A DNA stretch of 64,000 bases from an uncultured virus (IMG/VR IMGVR_UViG_3300032665_001598) (lineage: Duplodnaviria > Heunggongvirae > Uroviricota > Caudoviricetes): IMG/VR virus record IMGVR_UViG_3300032665_001598; one strand, written 5' to 3'. The number at the start of each line of letters is the position of its first letter. The stretch's first letter is position 1. The notes beneath the pieces were generated by a model, which was given only the letters and a program-made list of their open reading frames with translations, was not told the DNA's origin and searched no databases. Positions 58,555 through 64,000 of this stretch are shown here, piece after piece. The translations under genes and the position numbers were made by a program.

Positions 58555-59572
58555 AAAAATTGGTTTCTGTTGCAAATGGATTGACCATGCTGGGCAAACT
58601 GAAGGTATTAAGCCCACAGATGATGCCAAGCGATATAATACCGGCACTACCACAGTTGCCTGGCTAAATAGACAATCTAGAGAAGTAGCGGAACAGAAAT
58701 TATGGGACTTAATGGTTCAAAACATCGAGGCAACAAGATTGCTAGTGGAGCGAGTAAGTGAACTCCCAGCGCCTCTTCGTATGGTCCGTCTTAGCAGTGA
58801 TATCCTTCCTTGTTATACCCATGGGGATTTTTCTAGTTATTGGCTGGAACCTTCTGTTGTATCATACGCCGAAACCCACTTTTCACGAGTGGGTGCTCAT
58901 GCTAGGGCTCACGGGGTTCGCCTTAGTTTCCATCCTGGGCAGTTTACTGTTCTTGCATCATCTAATCCTGGCATTGTAGAACGTTCAATAGAGGAGTTTG
59001 AATATCATGCAGATATGGCACGTTGGATGGGTTACGGAAAAAAATTCCAAGATTATAAGATTAACGTACACATCTCGGGTAAACGCGGGCCAGAAGGTAT
59101 CAGAGCCGCTTACAAAAAGTTGTCACCTGAAGCTCGTAACTGCATCACCATCGAAAACGAAGAAAACTCCTGGGGGTTAAATGATTGTCTTACCATTAGT
59201 GATATTGTGCCTATTGTGTTGGACGTTCATCATTATTGGATACGCGAAGGAGTCTATCTCCAGCCCAACGACGAACGTGTTAAGCGAGTTGTTGATAGTT
59301 GGCGCGGTGTTCGCCCTGCTATGCATTATAGCGTTAGTAGGGAAGATGTACTTGTGGGACATGCTACCGATCAAGCACCAGCATATCAGGCACTTTTGGT
59401 AGAAGGTTACAAAAAGCAAAAATTACGAGCACATAGTGACTTTTACTGGAATCAACCTGTAACTGATTGGGCCTTGAGCTTTTGGGACCAATTTGATATA
59501 CAATGCGAATCAAAAGGTAAAAATCTAGCCAGTGAACAGGTATATAATCGGGCAAAACAGTTAGGTTTATAA
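58511..59572 (+). CDS. uvsE: UV damage endonuclease UvsE/UVDE (start uncertain)
   Basis: KIGFCCK, RLSSDILP, RLSFHPGQF, INVH, ITIENEE, LDVHH, RAHSD, ESKGKNLA. Confidence 0.9.
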   Translation: MVQHTGSLKIQAVTKKIGFCCKWIDHAGQTEGIKPTDDAKRYNTGTTTVAWLNRQSREVAEQKLWDLMVQNIEATRLLVERVSELPAPLRMVRLSSDILPCYTHGDFSSYWLEPSVVSYAETHFSRVGAHARAHGVRLSFHPGQFTVLASSNPGIVERSIEEFEYHADMARWMGYGKKFQDYKINVHISGKRGPEGIRAAYKKLSPEARNCITIENEENSWGLNDCLTISDIVPIVLDVHHYWIREGVYLQPNDERVKRVVDSWRGVRPAMHYSVSREDVLVGHATDQAPAYQALLVEGYKKQKLRAHSDFYWNQPVTDWALSFWDQFDIQCESKGKNLASEQVYNRAKQLGL

Positions 59573-59609
59573 ATACTATATTGCCGAAGTTAGGTCTTAG
59601 TAGTACCCC

Positions 59610-59632
59610 AAAGCCCGCTTTATGCGGGCTTT
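59610..59632 (+). terminator. intrinsic terminator
   Basis: AAAGCCCGC-TTTAT-GCGGGCTTT. Confidence 0.75.
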
Positions 59633-59671
59633 GTTCTTTTCAGATAAATACTCAATAACAAGGTTAAAACA

Positions 59672-62600
59672 ATGAGTATTTTCGCTAACGTATTTGTAGG
59701 TAACACAGCTAACGACGGAACAGGCACACCGTTACGTAACGCATTTGAGATAATTGACCAGAACTTTGCTAATATTGCTGGCGGAAGCGCAGGCGCACCA
59801 GTGCAAAGTGTTGCTGGTCGAGGTGGCAATGTTATTTTAACAGTAAATGATGTCCAAGGTGTAGCCAGTAACGTTTATGTAGCAAGTCTATTCAATGGAT
59901 ATGCTTATACAAATTCTAATGTGGCCAACTACTTGCCCACTGACTCGACTATCATTGCAATACAAACCAGTGTTAACCTGGCCAATGCCGCTATCGTTAC
60001 GGCCAACACAGGTGTAGTTGGGTATGTTAATACCCTGGTTACCAACCTGGCAGGCACGATTGCCAACACATCAAACGATCATAACAATTTAAACAATGCA
60101 GTAACTAATATTACCACGTTGTTTAGTAATGCTGCCTCCCAGACAGTTAGTATCAACTTGATCAATGCCAACGTGACAGCCGCCAATGCCGCTATTGTTA
60201 CAGCAAACTCTGCTGTGGTCAGTTATGTCAATGCACAAGACAGTTTATTGCAAGCAGAAATCACTGCCGCTAATGTAGCGATTGCAAATGTATCTTCTGC
60301 ATGGCAAGCCAATGCCGCGGTATTGTATGCTGACATACAGACTAATAATACCAATGAAGTTACCTTGGGCAACTATATCACAGCTGCCAATGCCGCTATT
60401 GTTACAGCTAACACAGGTGTGGTTAGTTATGTCGATACTTTAGTTACTAACTTAGCAGGCACAATCGCCAACACATCTAACGATCATAATAATTTAAACA
60501 ATGCAGTAACTAATATCGCTACATTGTTCGGTAATGCTGCCGCACAAACAGTTAGTATCAACTTAATCAATGCAAACGTAACAGCCGCCAATGCCGCTAT
60601 CGTTACAGCAAACTCTGCTGTGGTCAGTTATGTTAATGCTCAAGACAGTTTATTACAATCAGAAATTACTGCCGCTAATATTGCGATTGCTAATGTATCA
60701 ACAGCATGGCAAGCAAATGCCGCAGTATTGTATTCGGATATTCAAACTAACAATGCCAACGAAGTTGCATTAGGAAATTATATTACAGCCGCTAATGCCG
60801 CTATTGTTACAGCTAACTCTGCGGTAGTAAGTTATGTCAACAATCTAGTAACCCCAATTCAGTCTAATATTGTTACCTTGTTGAACAATGCAAATAACTT
60901 ATCTGGTGCATTGACCAACATTACTACATTATCAACAGGTGTTAATCTAATCAACGCCAACATAACAGCCGCCAATTTGGCCATTGCATCTTTACAAAGT
61001 AATGCTGCTACACAATCTGCACAAATTGTAGCCGCTAATGCCGCTATTGTTACAGCCAACACCGCAGTGGTTAGTTATATCAACTCACTAATTGCTCCAA
61101 TACAGGCCAACACCGCAAACATATTAACAACAGATACAAACTTGGCCGGTGCATTGACCAACATTACTACACTAACAAATGATATCAATTTAATTAATGC
61201 CAACGTATCTGCTGCAAACATTGCTGGTATCAACGTAGCGTCGGAAATTACTGCTATCAATGCAAACGTAACAGCCGCTAACCTGGCAATTATTACAGCA
61301 AACTCTGCTGTGGTGACTTATGTTAATTCATTGATTGCTCCAATACAGGCCAACACCGCAAACATATTAGCCACAGATGCTACTCTGGTAGGAGCATTAA
61401 ACAACATCACAACTTTGGCCGCAGATGTTATTTTAATTAATGCCAACGTAACAGCCGCCAATGCAAAAATTGCAACACAGGCTGGCACCATTACAACTCT
61501 CAATACTGACGTTGCGGCATTGACTGCAAATGTAACAACTGGACCATTTACAATTAGTGGTAACGTCCGAAGTGCTAACCTTATTGCCACAAACTCTGTG
61601 ATATCAACTACAGGTTACTTCTGGGCCAATGGTGCAGAGTATGTGACCAGCATGAGTTCCACTGGTAATATTACTTTTGTTGGAGACAATATCAGTAGTG
61701 TTGACAACAGCGGCGGTATAAACTTTTATAGTAACGGTAAAATCCATATTGAAAGTCTAACTGGCTTCGACAGTAGTAATCCTGCATACTGGGTAGACAT
61801 TGGTAATTTACAAAATGTCAATACTGGCAACCTAGGTATCAATTTTAGTAATGCTGGCAGTTTTGCCAATACTACAGTGGCAACATATGACTGGTGGGAT
61901 GGTATTGGCGCTGGTCAAACAAACAATAGTTCTACCAAACACGCAACCTTTGGTCTATATCGTGGCGACGGAGTTCCGGGCAATGGCCAAACTCGTGCTT
62001 ATATCACGTTTGATACAGGTAGTGCTGCCGCAACTGCACCTATAGCAGTTCAAGCCAATAGTGCAGTCATTACTAACGGCGATAATATCACAGTCGGTAA
62101 CATATATACACTTGGTGGACACCTAAGAACTACAGCGCCAATTGCCAACGTGTTTAATTCAACTAACACATTGTATATGGGTATTGGTGCTAATGTTATC
62201 CTAATAGGTAATGTTAACAGCACAGTAACCACACAAGGCAATCTTGCAGTTACAGGTAATGTTATTTCTAACAATTATCAATTTGCAAATGGTGTTAATA
62301 TTTTATCTACTGTTACTTCAAATACTGCAACAGTATCGGCATCACTACAAACGTTGCAGGCGAATGTTGGTGCGTTTGAGTTATATGCTAATGCCAACAT
62401 TGGTGCTATAACAACATCTTTACAAACATTAAATGCCAACGTGGGCGCATACGAAATTGCCACAAATGCTAACCTAGGTACAGCAACTACAAATATTACT
62501 ACCCTGTTTAGTAATGCTGCCGCCCAGACTACGCAAATTAATGCGGTTAATGCAAACGTAACAGCCGCCAATGCCGCTATTGTTACGTTACAAACTCAGA

Positions 62601-62989
62601 CATACAGCAATGCAAACGTGGCCGCTTACTTGCCAACATACGCAGGTAACGTATCTGCTGGTAATGTAATATCTAACAATCACCTGTTTGCAAACGGTGT
62701 TAATATCTTATCTACTGTTACTGCAAGTAGTAGTATTAGTAGCGGTAGTAGTAGTGTTGGCTTCCAAGGTGCAGGTGGCAATATATTGCTTGATGTAGGT
62801 GGAGTTCAAGTTGCTACAATCTCACAAACACAGATAACAGTACTTGGTAACGTTGTAGCAACCGGCACAGTTTACTCCAGTGGCAACATTGCAATGGTAT
62901 CTAATGTGGCAAGGTTTACTTGGGTATCTAACGTAGCACCGACTTCAAGTCAAGGTAGTGTTGGCGATATTTGGTATCAGACTTTTTAA
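59672..62989 (+). CDS. long tail-fibre-like protein
   Basis: N-terminal VGNTANDGTGTPLRNAF, VQSVAGRGGNVIL, repeated Asn/Ala/Thr heptads, C-terminal GSVGDIWYQ. Confidence 0.8.
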   Translation: MSIFANVFVGNTANDGTGTPLRNAFEIIDQNFANIAGGSAGAPVQSVAGRGGNVILTVNDVQGVASNVYVASLFNGYAYTNSNVANYLPTDSTIIAIQTSVNLANAAIVTANTGVVGYVNTLVTNLAGTIANTSNDHNNLNNAVTNITTLFSNAASQTVSINLINANVTAANAAIVTANSAVVSYVNAQDSLLQAEITAANVAIANVSSAWQANAAVLYADIQTNNTNEVTLGNYITAANAAIVTANTGVVSYVDTLVTNLAGTIANTSNDHNNLNNAVTNIATLFGNAAAQTVSINLINANVTAANAAIVTANSAVVSYVNAQDSLLQSEITAANIAIANVSTAWQANAAVLYSDIQTNNANEVALGNYITAANAAIVTANSAVVSYVNNLVTPIQSNIVTLLNNANNLSGALTNITTLSTGVNLINANITAANLAIASLQSNAATQSAQIVAANAAIVTANTAVVSYINSLIAPIQANTANILTTDTNLAGALTNITTLTNDINLINANVSAANIAGINVASEITAINANVTAANLAIITANSAVVTYVNSLIAPIQANTANILATDATLVGALNNITTLAADVILINANVTAANAKIATQAGTITTLNTDVAALTANVTTGPFTISGNVRSANLIATNSVISTTGYFWANGAEYVTSMSSTGNITFVGDNISSVDNSGGINFYSNGKIHIESLTGFDSSNPAYWVDIGNLQNVNTGNLGINFSNAGSFANTTVATYDWWDGIGAGQTNNSSTKHATFGLYRGDGVPGNGQTRAYITFDTGSAAATAPIAVQANSAVITNGDNITVGNIYTLGGHLRTTAPIANVFNSTNTLYMGIGANVILIGNVNSTVTTQGNLAVTGNVISNNYQFANGVNILSTVTSNTATVSASLQTLQANVGAFELYANANIGAITTSLQTLNANVGAYEIATNANLGTATTNITTLFSNAAAQTTQINAVNANVTAANAAIVTLQTQTYSNANVAAYLPTYAGNVSAGNVISNNHLFANGVNILSTVTASSSISSGSSSVGFQGAGGNILLDVGGVQVATISQTQITVLGNVVATGTVYSSGNIAMVSNVARFTWVSNVAPTSSQGSVGDIWYQTF
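59981..60790 (+). repeat. two tandem 405-nt (135-aa) intragenic repeat units
   Basis: Units begin at 59981 and 60386 (third partial unit at 60791); near-identical protein sequence with synonymous divergence. Confidence 0.85.
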
Positions 62990-62992
62990 TAT

Positions 62993-64000
62993 ATGATAGC
63001 TACTAGCAACGTTAGCTCAAATTCATTTTCTATACCAATGGGAAGTTTTCCATCTGCGACTAATATTAACCAACTTGGGTTTTTAACTCCTACACAGATA
63101 GCAACAGCATACAACATGCCACTTTCCACTGGTTCTAACGTTAAAATTGGAATTATTAGTTTAGGAGGCGGATGGAACGCAACAGATTTTAATAATTCTA
63201 TGAGTGATATGGGGCTAAATTCACTGGTTACTAGTGCTAACATTACTACAGTACTAGTAGACGGAGCTACAGGTAATGTTGGATTTAATACAGATGCCGA
63301 CGGCGAGAATACTCTTGACTTATACTGCGTAGCCGGCATAGCACCTAAGGCTAATATTGTTATATATATCGGAACACCATCAGGACCCAATTACGGAACT
63401 ACTAATCCGTTAGTGACCCCATCGCAGAATTTAACAACAGGATTTGGTAATCTTATTAATCGTGCTGTAAATGAAAACTGTGATATTATTTCGATTAGTT
63501 GGGCAACTCCAGAATCATTTATTAGTAGCGGAACAACTTATTATTTCGGAGACTGGCTTGCGGCCCCATTGGCAAATGCTGCCGCAAAAGGTATCAGTGT
63601 TCTTGTTGCGGCGGGCGATTATGGAAGTGAGGGGTATGCTAATGCTAATATAGTTAGTGTATCGTATCCAGCAACAAGCTCAAATGCTATTGCTGTTGGT
63701 GGAACTAACTTAACCTTGGGAACAGGCAATGTTCGACTTGGAGAAATTGTTGAAAACAGAGACCCATTATTTGGGATGGGGTGGGGTAGTGGCGGAGGAA
63801 TTAGTACTACTATTCCTGTGCCAACTTGGCAATCCGGGTTAACATACAAACGCTATTTTGTATCTAATTTAACGGCTAGTTCTCCTATTACATTAACTAC
63901 TAGGGGAATTCCTGACATCGCTGGACCAATGAACGCTTATGCTATGTGGTTAAACGGTACTCCGGCCGGTTATGGTGGTACTAGTGCCGCAACACCCATC
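62993..64000 (+). CDS. sedolisin/kumamolisin-type (S53) serine protease, 3'-truncated by window edge
   Basis: Translated by hand: TPTQIATAY, ENTLD (E-x3-D), ISISW, AAGDYG, YPATS, VGGT, RGIPDIA, GGTSAATP. Confidence 0.88.
   Translation, partial: MIATSNVSSNSFSIPMGSFPSATNINQLGFLTPTQIATAYNMPLSTGSNVKIGIISLGGGWNATDFNNSMSDMGLNSLVTSANITTVLVDGATGNVGFNTDADGENTLDLYCVAGIAPKANIVIYIGTPSGPNYGTTNPLVTPSQNLTTGFGNLINRAVNENCDIISISWATPESFISSGTTYYFGDWLAAPLANAAAKGISVLVAAGDYGSEGYANANIVSVSYPATSSNAIAVGGTNLTLGTGNVRLGEIVENRDPLFGMGWGSGGGISTTIPVPTWQSGLTYKRYFVSNLTASSPITLTTRGIPDIAGPMNAYAMWLNGTPAGYGGTSAATPI

Noticed and set aside
59981..61460. Repeats as a CRISPR array or a diversity-generating retroelement template
   Set aside because: The repeats are in-frame coding units with synonymous divergence; there are no unique spacers, no adenine-specific variation and no reverse transcriptase in the window.

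Overview
This 64-kb window is part of a large (jumbo-type) tailed dsDNA phage genome. It is AT-rich, densely coding, mostly on the + strand, and uses the standard genetic code. A Burkholderiales/Neisseria-type porin plus proteobacterial-like GroES/GroEL, IscU/IscA and class Ia NrdAB point to a proteobacterial, probably betaproteobacterial, host (inference). The window contains three tRNAs, a candidate ~254-nt structured ncRNA, host-derived genes (rpoZ-like, DctP-like, porin, groES/groEL, iscU/iscA, UvsE), and an 8-gene sugar/glycosylation cluster. It also has early genes behind a conserved sigma70-like promoter family, a replication module (UvsW-like helicase, clamp-loader subunit, miniature DnaE-like protein, primase, DnaB), a late head-associated cluster with three nucleotidyltransferase-fold proteins, NrdA-HNH-NrdB-glutaredoxin, PAAR/baseplate/tail-fibre genes and a partial sedolisin-type protease. 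The most notable signals are four. (1) iscU is interrupted inside its conserved PACGD motif by an 8-nt GGA-TGA-CC-GGA element, directly downstream of a decayed HNH endonuclease and an orphan original iscU 5' end; this suggests a ribosomal hop or a split IscU. (2) There is an unassigned structured RNA after tRNA-Ser. (3) That tRNA-Ser has the rare anticodon ACT. (4) A 3'-UTR hairpin has a loop complementary to the ribosome-binding site of the first gene of its own operon. All product calls come from motif recognition by eye; no database search was run.
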